IMG/VR virus record: IMGVR_UViG_3300013108_000151
Coordinates: 882 to 64,881 of that record
Length of the DNA stretch: 64,000 bases
Source of the DNA: a virus
Lineage: Duplodnaviria; Caudoviricetes
Reading direction: 5' to 3' (one strand)
Below are positions 47,863 to 57,772 of the stretch, piece by piece. How positions within the stretch are numbered: position 1 is the first letter of the stretch; each line of letters starts with the position of its first letter. A model generated the notes under the pieces. The model did not search any database. It was not told the DNA's origin and saw only the letters and a list, made by a program, of their open reading frames with translations. The position numbers and the translations under genes were made by a program.

Positions 47863-48959
47863 AACATATTCTCCTTGAGCAAGTTCCAACTGTGTTTGCT
47901 CATCAATCCTTGGTGGCCGTGTTTACTATACTGTTTAATATCGGCTAAGGATTGCTCTTTGTATTGTTTAAAGTGATCCCAGTACGGACCTTTAGCACTA
48001 TTAGTTCCATATAAAGCATTCACCCATTTATGTATGCCTTCATATACTTTAGACATTAGCCTGTTATACACTTTAGGCTTATGACGTAATGCTATTAACT
48101 GTTTTATACTTGCCTGTGCTATAAAGTTCGCTGTAGCATTTAATGGTTCAATAAATCCAGCACTAATACCAACAGCAACAACATTGCCAACCCATTGCTC
48201 TACTGGCCTACGTGATTTAAATTTAATTACATTTTCTGCTTCAAGTCCTGTTTTTTCTGTAAACTCTTTTTTAGCATCTTCTATACTAATAAACTTACTA
48301 CTAAACACATAACCATAACTCATTCTACTTTGTAAACTAATACTCCACATCCACCCAGCATCCATCGTTTGTGCTCTAGTAAAAGGTTCGTATCGGGGCT
48401 CTCCGTTTGCCACTATAGCATGATCATTAATAAGCACATCACTTTCAATATGTTTAACACCAACGTGTTTACTTAATATTCCACTTTCGCCTGTAGCATC
48501 AATAAACATATCAGTATCGTTGTAATCTTCTAAAGTAAAGTCTCTAGGAATAATTTTAAAATTAGGTTTGCTAACACAATGCTCTTTTAATAGTTCGCAA
48601 AATTTAGGAGCATCAATGTGATAACTAAATGTTTGACGTTGCTTTGTTGCTAGATTATTATCTTCATTTGCGGCATAGTATATCCAGTTATCATGGCTCC
48701 ATCCTTCAAACACGTTACCATATTTGAAGTAGCCATTAGATCTATCAACTAACTCTTGGTCAGTTATTCCTAGTATTTGACTAATCTCGTTGATAACTGG
48801 AATAGTGCTTTCGCCTATTCGCCTAATAATAGTGTTAGGGTTATTATACATTACTACTTGTTCACCATTTTCAACAAGGTATAGGGAAGAGATCCAACCA
48901 GCAACACCATTACCAACAACTTGTACAGTTGTTCCGACATCGAATATTGTATTAGTCAC
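47859..48959 (-). CDS. flavin-dependent (tryptophan) halogenase-like protein
   Basis: VVGNGVAGW, IGEST, FKYG, GWMWSI, GFIEPL. Confidence 0.85.
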   Translation of the reverse strand: MTNTIFDVGTTVQVVGNGVAGWISSLYLVENGEQVVMYNNPNTIIRRIGESTIPVINEISQILGITDQELVDRSNGYFKYGNVFEGWSHDNWIYYAANEDNNLATKQRQTFSYHIDAPKFCELLKEHCVSKPNFKIIPRDFTLEDYNDTDMFIDATGESGILSKHVGVKHIESDVLINDHAIVANGEPRYEPFTRAQTMDAGWMWSISLQSRMSYGYVFSSKFISIEDAKKEFTEKTGLEAENVIKFKSRRPVEQWVGNVVAVGISAGFIEPLNATANFIAQASIKQLIALRHKPKVYNRLMSKVYEGIHKWVNALYGTNSAKGPYWDHFKQYKEQSLADIKQYSKHGHQGLMSKHSWNLLKENML

Positions 48960-48961
48960 GC

Positions 48962-49378
48962 TTACTCCATTTTCATAGGATTAGCAGGTGTAAATGTTGA
49001 TATAGAACCAAACACTTCTTCTGGCATTTCATCTGATACAGCAAGTATTGATTCAGGCTCTGCTCGTCTTATTTTTACAATTTCACCTGTGTCGGGATCT
49101 TCTAAATCAATGCCTCTTCCCCAACGCCCGTGTTCAACTAATACCCATTGCCCAACTTCGTAATCGTCTTTGTTCTCAGGTCCTTTGGCAAATACTTTGC
49201 CCCAACGTGCTTTAATGCCTTCATCAGTGCCATCATCTGACTGTAGAATAATTCCACCTTTTGTGACTCTTTCATCAAAGTTCATGTCTGTAATTAATAC
49301 ATTGTCTTTGATTGGTCTAATTTTACCTTTAATAGCGTTCAGTTGTTGTACTTTGCCGCCTATTTTACTTGTATCCAT
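48962..49378 (-). CDS. groES: GroES co-chaperonin
   Basis: IRPIKDNVL..ERVTKGGIIL..GKVFAKGP..ESILAV. Confidence 0.85.
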   Translation of the reverse strand: MDTSKIGGKVQQLNAIKGKIRPIKDNVLITDMNFDERVTKGGIILQSDDGTDEGIKARWGKVFAKGPENKDDYEVGQWVLVEHGRWGRGIDLEDPDTGEIVKIRRAEPESILAVSDEMPEEVFGSISTFTPANPMKME

Positions 49379-50311
49379 TTATGCCTCTTCGAATAATTGT
49401 TGTGTTTGTTCTTCTGCTTCTGCTTTAAGTTGTTTTTCAATTCTACTAGGAACTGTTTTAGTTTCTTTAACTGCTACTTGGCCAACATAAGAATCATTTA
49501 GCAAACTCTTATGAATAAAGAATCTTTCCATCTTCTTAGTAAAGTGGTCCCATTCAGTTCCAGCATCTGTGCCGTCTGCCAATGTAATAACAAAGTCTCT
49601 TTCTAAGAACCAATCATATATATCTTGACAAGAATAACCAAAACGTTCAGGTTGTCCATGAACCATTTCTAATTGTACAATTGGCTTTTGTGTTACAATA
49701 GTTTGCTCAGCACCCATTACAACTGGAAACTCATAACCTTCTGTGTCAACTTTAATAATGTCAACATCTTTAAAGTTATATGAGTCTAATGTTTTAACTT
49801 CAACAGTTACCTTTTCAGGCTCTACTGTTCTTCGTCTTGCTCTGCCACTTGGCAAAGGTACATCAATATTTTCTATATGATTGTGTCCAGCGTTGTCCTT
49901 TTTAATCAATATTTCAAACGATCCAGGCTTATCTCCTAGTCCGTTATTATAAGTGTTAATTTTGCCTGTAGTTTCAAAAGCATTGTCGATGTGCCATGTT
50001 TTAAGTTCGTCTGCTTCAGTTTGTGCTTGTGCTAGTGCTATATTTTTAATAGCCATATCATATGTTTGTGGAGTAGGTTCAAACCCGTGTACCTCTTTAC
50101 CCCAAGTAGAGTATTCGATAGTGTTCATGCCAATGTTCATACCAACATCTATAATAGTACGAGCATTTGGTTTTAACTCTCTCAATCTTTTTAGGTTTTG
50201 TAACTGATAAGGTCCAGCACCTGCGATTCGTTGCTGATAGAAAGCGTCATCTTTGTAGATCCAGTATTGCCTTCCGTAAGTATTTTGTACCAATTCTTCT
50301 GTGTATGCCAT
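49379..50311 (-). CDS. FkbM-family methyltransferase
   Basis: IDVGMNIG, GFEP, IKVDTEGYE. Confidence 0.88.
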   Translation of the reverse strand: MAYTEELVQNTYGRQYWIYKDDAFYQQRIAGAGPYQLQNLKRLRELKPNARTIIDVGMNIGMNTIEYSTWGKEVHGFEPTPQTYDMAIKNIALAQAQTEADELKTWHIDNAFETTGKINTYNNGLGDKPGSFEILIKKDNAGHNHIENIDVPLPSGRARRRTVEPEKVTVEVKTLDSYNFKDVDIIKVDTEGYEFPVVMGAEQTIVTQKPIVQLEMVHGQPERFGYSCQDIYDWFLERDFVITLADGTDAGTEWDHFTKKMERFFIHKSLLNDSYVGQVAVKETKTVPSRIEKQLKAEAEEQTQQLFEEA

Positions 50312-50343
50312 CTGTAGTCCTTTTAAATTATAATATTACTGCT

Positions 50344-50372
50344 AGTATAACACCATTAACACAAAAGGTCAA
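50344..50372 (-). promoter_or_regulatory. sigma70-type promoter
   Basis: TTGACC-17nt-TATACT. Confidence 0.7.
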
Positions 50373-50380
50373 CTTTATTT

Positions 50381-51058
50381 TTATACTCGTTTTACTCCAG
50401 GCTTAGCCTTGATTTCTTGTTCTGCTGTCTTTTCTTTTACAACAGGTTTTGTAGTTTGGACTTTGGCAACTGCTGATGCTAATCCCCCTTTAGGCTTTGT
50501 TGTTATCTTGTTTTCTTCAACAATTTCTTCTTTGGGTTCTTCAGTAACAGGAGTATCTTCTAGTTGTTCTAATACTTCTTTATCTTCTTCCATTATTTGT
50601 TCAGCAACTTGAACTACTTCTTCATCTGTCACAGATTTAGATGCTAATTCTTTTTGTTTTGCGACAACTTCGGGTGCCTGATATGGCGCCTCTTCTTCAA
50701 CTTCATCGGCTGTTTCTGCCAAAGCCTTTGCTAAGTCATCACTAGTAATTGTACCATCATCAACTTCATCTGCTTGTATGCTAGGTGTCGCGTCTGCTGT
50801 TACTGGGGAATCCATAGGACCAGCAGGGTCGTTATGATCAGGTATTGGCCTATCTTCAGGTATTGTTCCATTATGGATTCTGTAGTAATCAGCCATTACT
50901 TCTTCTCTAGTTTTTTCTATAGCACCACCTGTACCTAATTTATCTCCACGAGCATTTACGCCCATGTTTCCAACAGCAATAACTTCCTCACCTTTGAGTT
51001 GCATGGTGTCAAAGTCTATTCTTTTACCAGATGCTGTTTTATATTCTTTTTTCGCCAT
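50381..51058 (-). CDS. acidic, largely disordered late protein
   Basis: folded-looking N-terminus AVGNMGVNARGD, then E/P-rich tract. Confidence 0.6.
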   Translation of the reverse strand: MAKKEYKTASGKRIDFDTMQLKGEEVIAVGNMGVNARGDKLGTGGAIEKTREEVMADYYRIHNGTIPEDRPIPDHNDPAGPMDSPVTADATPSIQADEVDDGTITSDDLAKALAETADEVEEEAPYQAPEVVAKQKELASKSVTDEEVVQVAEQIMEEDKEVLEQLEDTPVTEEPKEEIVEENKITTKPKGGLASAVAKVQTTKPVVKEKTAEQEIKAKPGVKRV

Positions 51059-51098
51059 TTTGTTATCTCCAGTTATATATGTATATTACTATTACTTA

Positions 51099-51626
51099 TT
51101 ATCTTAAGAACTCTGAGAAGTCTAAACTGTAATACATTGGATTAATCCTATTAATACCTATTTTGTATAATACAAAACTAGATACACTAGATCCTCTGCC
51201 TACACCCCATACTATATTATTCTCTTTCATAACTTGTATCAAGTAGTACATAAAGTTTAATAAGGGCAATAAGTTACGTTCCTGAAACATCATTAGTTCT
51301 TTTCCGGCTCTCTGTAACTCTGCATCACTATTACATTGTTCTAATACCCATTTTGCTATATCAAAGTCTATATATTCTTTGGGCATAAACCAATTATTTT
51401 GATTATTTTTATCAAAATCTTCAATACTTGTATTAATGGGCACATATTGTTTTAACTTTGGTACATTGCTATATAAATCTTCTACTGCTTTATTAAATTT
51501 ACTAGCATCGTCAAGTGTAATTGTACTCATATCAATCTTAGGATTAGAATAGACTAGTTTCATAGCCTCTTCCTCATTTAAATAAACTTGTCCGTATTGA
51601 TCTTTCATGTTTATATTACTCGCCAA
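51099..51626 (-). CDS. stand-alone fragment of DNA polymerase III alpha (DnaE)
   Basis: GVGRGSSVSSFVLYKIGI..INP..YSLDFSEFL; ends before the PDxDxD catalytic motif. Confidence 0.8.
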   Translation of the reverse strand: MASNINMKDQYGQVYLNEEEAMKLVYSNPKIDMSTITLDDASKFNKAVEDLYSNVPKLKQYVPINTSIEDFDKNNQNNWFMPKEYIDFDIAKWVLEQCNSDAELQRAGKELMMFQERNLLPLLNFMYYLIQVMKENNIVWGVGRGSSVSSFVLYKIGINRINPMYYSLDFSEFLR

Positions 51627-51882
51627 TATCTATTGGGTCGGTATTTTCTGGGTCTTTCTTTGGATCATGTTTTGGATCGTCTTCTTTTTTAACTTTTAAC
51701 ATATCCATACTTCTTTTTGCTAATGCTTCAGATGTTTCAAATACCATTGCTTGTACTTGATTACATACTGCTTGATTACCAGATTGCCTAGCACTTGTTA
51801 GACGAGCATTTAGTTTGCTTAGTCTTTTAGTTAACTCGTCTATGCTTAGTTCATTTAAATCTGGTGATAATGGATTGTACAT
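51616..51882 (-). CDS. hypothetical protein
   Basis: 88-aa helical ORF. Confidence 0.55.
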   Translation of the reverse strand: MYNPLSPDLNELSIDELTKRLSKLNARLTSARQSGNQAVCNQVQAMVFETSEALAKRSMDMLKVKKEDDPKHDPKKDPENTDPIDIGE

Positions 51883-52295
51883 TATAAGTCGCCATCCTTG
51901 CGATTCTCACTATACCAAACATCAAAGTCGCCATCTGGGTAACGTGATTTTAACTTGTGTACATTTTCAGCAATCACTTCATTAGGGTCCAAACCCAATG
52001 CCCGACAAGAACTAATCCAATACCAAATAATATCGCCGAGTTCTCGTTTAGCATGAAAGATTGTGTCCTCATCCAATGGTTTACCTTGGAACACACATTT
52101 TTTAACAATTTCACTGAATTCTCCTCCTTCACTAGCCATTCCAATCGAGCCAGTTAATAGTAGTGCTATGTTTACGCCTGTTGTATTTTCTAATACTTTT
52201 AATTGGCCAGTTAATGAACCCGTGTTGTTTGATTCATTAGATGTAACTTTTGCTACAAAATCTTTGTAAGCATTTAAATCGATTTGTTTTGACAT
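51882..52295 (-). CDS. mazG: MazG-like nucleoside triphosphate pyrophosphohydrolase
   Basis: SEGGEFSEIVKK, RELGDIIWY, KLKSRYP. Confidence 0.9.
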   Translation of the reverse strand: MSKQIDLNAYKDFVAKVTSNESNNTGSLTGQLKVLENTTGVNIALLLTGSIGMASEGGEFSEIVKKCVFQGKPLDEDTIFHAKRELGDIIWYWISSCRALGLDPNEVIAENVHKLKSRYPDGDFDVWYSENRKDGDL

Positions 52296-52328
52296 TGATT
52301 AACTCCATTAATAATCATACTATAGCAT

Positions 52329-52358
52329 AGTATAACACTAAATGGTGTATAAAGTCAA
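52329..52358 (-). promoter_or_regulatory. sigma70-type promoter
   Basis: TTGACT-18nt-TATACT. Confidence 0.65.
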
Positions 52359-52381
52359 GTAAAGTTTAAGAAAATTTGGAA

Positions 52382-53575
52382 TTATGCTACTGTACAACCT
52401 TGATTTGAAACAACTGTCCAACCTACTGAAGTAACATAAACTAACATAACAGTATCTTGAGCATCTTCAAATGTAATAGTTGATCCGTTAGCAAATGTTG
52501 TAGGTGTAAGTGTAGCATTACCGCCACCATCTACTGCTAATGTAATAATCTTTATTTGGCCTACTGTGCCATTTGCTAGTGTTAAAGCCGCCGCTGATCC
52601 TGTTGTAGTAACTTCTGTAACATGTGTTGTTAGATTAACTGCTCCAGCACCTGATAATGCTTGATGAGATCCAACTAAAGCACCTGTAAATTTAGTTGAA
52701 TATATGTTACTAAACTTTTTAGTTGTGCTACCTAAAGGTCTAGTGTTAGTAGCGTCAGGTAGTATAGTACCAGTTATAGCATTTCCACCATTTCTTAATA
52801 GTCTATTACTATCTGCCTCGTCGGCGTGTATATCAACCTTTTTCCAAATACTTGTAGTACCGTCGTGTGTAGCGTTAGCAACATAAATCGCATCGCCATC
52901 TACTGCTATTTGCCCAGCCTTATCGCCTGCGGCTCCTGTGCCTGATTTTGGTGATGCTGTTTGTTGTATCTGAAGAACGTCACCGTGTATTACATTTGGT
53001 GCTCTGTTTAAGTCTTCAATTGCTACTGTAGTTCCAGCATCAATAGTTGAAAATTTAAATCTATATTTTCCTGTTGTAGCAAAACTAATTTGTCTACTTG
53101 TGCTATTGTAGTCAGCAAGTTCGCTAATACCAATTGTACATTGTGTAGGAAGTGTTACTTTGTGAGCCGTGTTTGCTAAATCAACTTCAACAGTCACTTC
53201 ACCGTATTTTGTTGTTGCTGGCCAGTTGCTAAATGATAAATCTATAGTACCACTTGTTTGAACTGTTTGGAAAGAACCAGCGGAGAAATCAATTGCTGTA
53301 GCACCAGTTAATGTACCTTTATTAACTGTTGTTGCTGACATATCTTTAAGTTCAAAGTCTTCCATTACAGAACCAGCACCGTCATTTGATAATGTTGTGC
53401 CAGTTAAAGCACTCTTAACTATTACTTTTGCCTGTAAATCTTCTAACTCAGTTTTTGCTGAAGTTAAGTTAGTCTTAATATTATTAAAATTATCTCTAAA
53501 TCCCTGAGAGTCGTTATCCTGCCCAGCAACTGGAAAGGTTACGCTTATATTGTTAGGGTTAATGCTACTTGCCAT
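52382..53575 (-). CDS. tail/baseplate fibre-like structural protein
   Basis: PVAGQDNDSQGFRDNF N-terminus, Thr/Gly-rich beta repeats. Confidence 0.7.
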   Translation of the reverse strand: MASSINPNNISVTFPVAGQDNDSQGFRDNFNNIKTNLTSAKTELEDLQAKVIVKSALTGTTLSNDGAGSVMEDFELKDMSATTVNKGTLTGATAIDFSAGSFQTVQTSGTIDLSFSNWPATTKYGEVTVEVDLANTAHKVTLPTQCTIGISELADYNSTSRQISFATTGKYRFKFSTIDAGTTVAIEDLNRAPNVIHGDVLQIQQTASPKSGTGAAGDKAGQIAVDGDAIYVANATHDGTTSIWKKVDIHADEADSNRLLRNGGNAITGTILPDATNTRPLGSTTKKFSNIYSTKFTGALVGSHQALSGAGAVNLTTHVTEVTTTGSAAALTLANGTVGQIKIITLAVDGGGNATLTPTTFANGSTITFEDAQDTVMLVYVTSVGWTVVSNQGCTVA

Positions 53576-53598
53576 TTTCTATTCTCCGTATACTGTAT

Positions 53599-55920
53599 TT
53601 AGTTCGGTGTGTCCATAATTGTTTCTCTTGGGAACTTGAGATATGTGTCACCTGTATTCCAGTTTGTTTCTTCACTATCAACATTACCAAAAAAGCTCGT
53701 ATTAGCACCCTCAAACGTTGTTGTGTCGTTATCAAACGTGGTTTCTGTTGTAGTTGTCCACTTTTGTGTGGATTTATTAAAATTCTTACTTCTACTGTTA
53801 TCCCAAAGCAATCTATCTACAGTAAAAGATGTTTTTTGTAATTCTTTTGCTGTATTTACAGCATCTAAGTAATATTTAACATGACCCGATTTGCCAGGTT
53901 TAGTATAACATAAAACTACTGCCGGAACATATCCTAGTATTTCGCCATCTGCTTGAGTACTTCTCATCCATAAAGGTAATACTCTACTATCTTGATATCC
54001 TATTCCGTCAATTAATACTTTCCTCATAATTTCTATGCCGCTTGGAAATAGTTTAGTTTTGTTTTTAACATCACCTGTGATTAGGTTTGTGTTACCTTTA
54101 GTTATCTCATCAACAGTTAGTGGAGCATTATAATTGGATATTGTAGTTGCCGCATTGGCCGTAACTGCTACGTTACCCGGAACAAGTTTTCCATTTGAAT
54201 TTCTTTCTGTTTGTCTATCAACAATGTCTACATAAACTACTTCGTATATAACTTTGTCTGTGTCAGGATCAACTGCTCTTGCTGTTTTAATCTCTCCGTG
54301 ATTTAACTCTTGCTTGTAAAAGTTTTTCTGTAATACTTTCATGTATTCAGAACTTTCTTTAGGAGCAAGGCCGTGTGCTAGTAACATTCTAGCATCATGT
54401 TGTAATCCAAAATGAGGATCATTTCGTCTATAAATTAAATCTAATGGAATATTATTAGTATTGTTTAGAACACCTCGCCATATGTCTCGTTGTTCTTGTA
54501 AAGATTGATTAACAAGATATACATTTTCATATGGCTTATAGTTTTCATTTTTAACTGATATAGTAAATGTTCTTTCCGCTCTAATATCACCTCTGGCATT
54601 AAGTGCCTCTATGGTTACTTTGGTTGACTTATCAAATGTAGTTGTTTTCTTATCGTATGTTGTAGTATTATCGTCTGTTGAAAATGTTCCAAATCCTGGA
54701 ACACCTTGTATACTACCGTCTGATAATAATTTTAATCCTTGTGGCAATCCACTTGTTGAACCAGGCTTAACTCTATAACGGAATGTTTCAGGTTGGGAAC
54801 TAGTTACTTCTACGTATAGAGTACTAGCCTCTCCACTAGTAACTGATCCTAAGTTAGCAGGTGTTGTCCACTTAGGAGTAATTTCGCTATCAATAACAAG
54901 ATTTATTGTAAACTCCATATCATTGTAATAAGCGGCATCATCTCCTTTTGAAACTCTTACTGTAAATTTATATTGTTTTGTAATGTCTGTTATTTCAGGT
55001 AATGAACCAGTAATCCAACCAGTTGTAGAATTAATAGATAATCCTGGAGGTAGTGTTCCAGCACTTATACTATAAACTGATGGTGTACCATCAAAGTCTC
55101 TACTGACTATTTGTTGTTGCCAATTGTTATTGTGTAATACATTGTCAAATACTTTTTGTCCATTTAATATTAATGGTGGATGTCTAACTTCAGCGTCTGC
55201 TGTAAATAGTTTTGTGTCTGCTGTTAGACCATCAAAACTTGCTCTTAAATTTTCACTAGATCTAACATCAATAGAGAATTCTCTTAATGATACGTCCTTG
55301 CCATCAGTTAACGAAACAGTAAATTTATAGTTCTTACTAATCCAACTGTCGGTAAAATCAAAACTATATAAATCAAAAAATGTTTGGTCAAACCCAGCAT
55401 CAGGTGTTCCTTCTATTCTAGTTGGAACAATTTCTCCAAATACTTCACCACTGGAATTCATTTCTACACCAGGAGGTAATTCTCCATCTACTATTGTAAA
55501 TGTGTAAGTATCATCTGGGTCTGGATCGTGTGCTGTTAATTGTTTTGAAATTTGTTCACCGTCTATAAATGTTCCTAAAGTACCTCCAGCGGTAACAAAC
55601 ATAGGAGCATCTTGACCTGTTACTGTTAATGTAAATGTTCTATCAGTTACAATATTATCTGCTACTGCTCTAACGGCAAACGTAGATGTAACATCCTGCC
55701 CTACTTCTTGAGGAATACCTGCTACGTCAACTTTAGTAGTGGGCTGTCCTTCAATAACACCGTCGCGTCTAATTAACAATCCTGATGGTAATGAACCTGC
55801 TATTAAGGAATAAACGATATCAGAACCGCCTGCTGTTGCGATAACAGGAAGGTTATAATACTCGTTCTCTTGGATAGTACCAAGGTGTCCGGCGGGTGTT
55901 GTCCATACGGGTTTACTCAT
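53599..55920 (-). CDS. baseplate wedge-like protein with Ig/cadherin-like repeats
   Basis: repeated GSLPSGL/GELPPGV/GTLPPGL..G.I.G..FTV units. Confidence 0.75.
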   Translation of the reverse strand: MSKPVWTTPAGHLGTIQENEYYNLPVIATAGGSDIVYSLIAGSLPSGLLIRRDGVIEGQPTTKVDVAGIPQEVGQDVTSTFAVRAVADNIVTDRTFTLTVTGQDAPMFVTAGGTLGTFIDGEQISKQLTAHDPDPDDTYTFTIVDGELPPGVEMNSSGEVFGEIVPTRIEGTPDAGFDQTFFDLYSFDFTDSWISKNYKFTVSLTDGKDVSLREFSIDVRSSENLRASFDGLTADTKLFTADAEVRHPPLILNGQKVFDNVLHNNNWQQQIVSRDFDGTPSVYSISAGTLPPGLSINSTTGWITGSLPEITDITKQYKFTVRVSKGDDAAYYNDMEFTINLVIDSEITPKWTTPANLGSVTSGEASTLYVEVTSSQPETFRYRVKPGSTSGLPQGLKLLSDGSIQGVPGFGTFSTDDNTTTYDKKTTTFDKSTKVTIEALNARGDIRAERTFTISVKNENYKPYENVYLVNQSLQEQRDIWRGVLNNTNNIPLDLIYRRNDPHFGLQHDARMLLAHGLAPKESSEYMKVLQKNFYKQELNHGEIKTARAVDPDTDKVIYEVVYVDIVDRQTERNSNGKLVPGNVAVTANAATTISNYNAPLTVDEITKGNTNLITGDVKNKTKLFPSGIEIMRKVLIDGIGYQDSRVLPLWMRSTQADGEILGYVPAVVLCYTKPGKSGHVKYYLDAVNTAKELQKTSFTVDRLLWDNSRSKNFNKSTQKWTTTTETTFDNDTTTFEGANTSFFGNVDSEETNWNTGDTYLKFPRETIMDTPN

Positions 55921-55950
55921 ACAAGTATTTATCTAGTTTAAGGGTTTGGA

Positions 55951-56721
55951 TTATAATGCCGCTATACGGCTTTTGAAGTCAGCAAAGTCACTACTTGCCG
56001 CTACTTCTGTTTTTAACGTTGTTAGTGTAATTGTTTCTGCGGTTAAGTAATTCGAGTCGTTAGTCCATTGACTAATAGCACCTGCTTTATTTGTAAATGT
56101 ATGTGAACTACTTGCTGTTACACTATCAGTAATTCCATATCCTGCTATTGTAGTTGGCTTACCTGTTAATGAAGCAAATGATTGGGCTGGTACTGAAGTT
56201 AAGTAATTGCTATCGTTAGTCCACTGACTAATAGCACCGCTCTTGTTTGTAAATGTATCTGTACTTGATGCTGTAACAGAGCCAGACAAGTTAGACCAAT
56301 TACCATTAGCATATCCTACAAATTTATCTGTTGAAGTGTTATAATATAATGTACCTTCTACTGGTGAACTTGGTGCTGATGATTGAGCATTAAGAACAGT
56401 TTTGTCGGCATAAACTGTATTGGCGTGTACGTTGTTCCAAGTCTTAGTTGTTGAACCTAAGTCTTTTGAATCTGTAGTATCAGGCTCAACGTTACTTGAT
56501 AGTACTATTTTACCTGTACCATTTGGGTCTAATGTAATATTGGCATTTGCTGTAACTGAAGCAATAGTTGTACCAGTTAAATCTAGATTAGTATCAACTG
56601 CTCCAACTTGCCATAAATTTTGAAAATTTGTATTTGTTTTTATTAAAGCGTCACGTAAGTAATCGCCAGATCCGTCGTCTGCTGTAGTTCCTACGTTTAT
56701 AATCTCTCTTGTATATGCCAT
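55951..56721 (-). CDS. baseplate/tail-fibre protein (gp9/gp10-type N-terminus)
   Basis: INVGTTADDGSGDYLRDA..KTNTNF. Confidence 0.75.
   Translation of the reverse strand: MAYTREIINVGTTADDGSGDYLRDALIKTNTNFQNLWQVGAVDTNLDLTGTTIASVTANANITLDPNGTGKIVLSSNVEPDTTDSKDLGSTTKTWNNVHANTVYADKTVLNAQSSAPSSPVEGTLYYNTSTDKFVGYANGNWSNLSGSVTASSTDTFTNKSGAISQWTNDSNYLTSVPAQSFASLTGKPTTIAGYGITDSVTASSSHTFTNKAGAISQWTNDSNYLTAETITLTTLKTEVAASSDFADFKSRIAAL
56041..56277. repeat. internal ~80-bp direct repeat in fibre gene
   Basis: VTASSTDTFTNKSGAISQWTNDSNYLT / VTASSSHTFTNKAGAISQWTNDSNYLT. Confidence 0.8.
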
Positions 56722-56733
56722 TAGTAAAACCTA

Positions 56734-57402
56734 TTAATGTAAATCAACCCAAGCACCATTGGCTCTGCCTTTGAACTTATGGGCCGTACTATCATAATAG
56801 ATCATACCGTTTGTTGGTGAACCTGGAGCCGTTCCTGGATTGTGTAGTGTGTGATTAGCACTTACAGAAGTACTTGCTGTAATTGTGCCACCAAATATTG
56901 TTAGCCATTGTTTAGTAGCACTACCTAAACTCTTTTGAGCATCATCTGTAGGTCTAAGATCACTTGCTATTGCTACATGACCTGTTCCTGCTGGATCAAG
57001 TGTAATGCTTTCGTTAGTTGAAGTAGATGAAATTGTACTAGCATGAATTGACAAGTCTTCTACTACTAGTGTACCTGTTGTAGCATTCCATGTCATTCTA
57101 GCATCATGGCTTACGTCACCGTCAGCATCCATATAAAGTACAGCATTGTCAGTGTGTGCTTCAATTCTTAAACTTGTTTGGGCGTCAACTACTACAATAC
57201 CAGTCCCGTCAGCATCAAGTACTAAGTTACCGTTTGTATTAGTTGATTTAATTTTGTTACCGGATATATCAATATTTGTTCCTGTCGCAGATGCGGCATA
57301 TATCTCATCAAAGTTATCATTAATTTTATCAAAGGCTATTCTTAACGGATCACCTGTCCCGTCATTTGCTGAACTACCTAGATTTACAGTTTGTTTTGCC
57401 AT
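56734..57402 (-). CDS. baseplate/tail-fibre protein (gp9/gp10-type N-terminus)
   Basis: MAKQTVNLGSSANDGTGDPLR..KINDNF. Confidence 0.78.
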   Translation of the reverse strand: MAKQTVNLGSSANDGTGDPLRIAFDKINDNFDEIYAASATGTNIDISGNKIKSTNTNGNLVLDADGTGIVVVDAQTSLRIEAHTDNAVLYMDADGDVSHDARMTWNATTGTLVVEDLSIHASTISSTSTNESITLDPAGTGHVAIASDLRPTDDAQKSLGSATKQWLTIFGGTITASTSVSANHTLHNPGTAPGSPTNGMIYYDSTAHKFKGRANGAWVDLH

Positions 57403-57438
57403 TTTTGTGTTCCCGTTTTATATATTGTATTTATATTC

Positions 57439-57771
57439 TTATACAGCAAATGATTCACCACAACCGCAACTTGCCGTTGCTTGTGGATTTTTAACTGCTA
57501 GGAACGAACCGCCTAATTCGACAACATAATCAATGGTACTACCTAAAACATACATTTCTGCTAGTTTGTTGATCATTAGTTTATTATCTGAATCGTCGCT
57601 TAGGCTTACTTCAATCCACTCTTCAGGGTCTTCTATTTCATTTGCCATTTGCCAATCATAAGTAAACCCGCTACAGCCTCCACCTTTTACAGTAAATGTA
57701 GCATATTTCTTATCATTTTTCGTTGTAGCGTCAAGTAAATAAGTTTTGGCTTTTTGTGTTACTTCTATCAT
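57439..57771 (-). CDS. iscA: A-type Fe-S carrier (IscA/SufA/HesB)
   Basis: GGGCSG, CGCGESF. Confidence 0.92.
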   Translation of the reverse strand: MIEVTQKAKTYLLDATTKNDKKYATFTVKGGGCSGFTYDWQMANEIEDPEEWIEVSLSDDSDNKLMINKLAEMYVLGSTIDYVVELGGSFLAVKNPQATASCGCGESFAV

Positions 57772-57772
57772 T

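Noticed and set aside
56041-56277. Diversity-generating retroelement TR/VR pair
   Set aside because: Both copies are in frame in one fibre gene, differences are not adenine-specific, and there is no reverse transcriptase in the window
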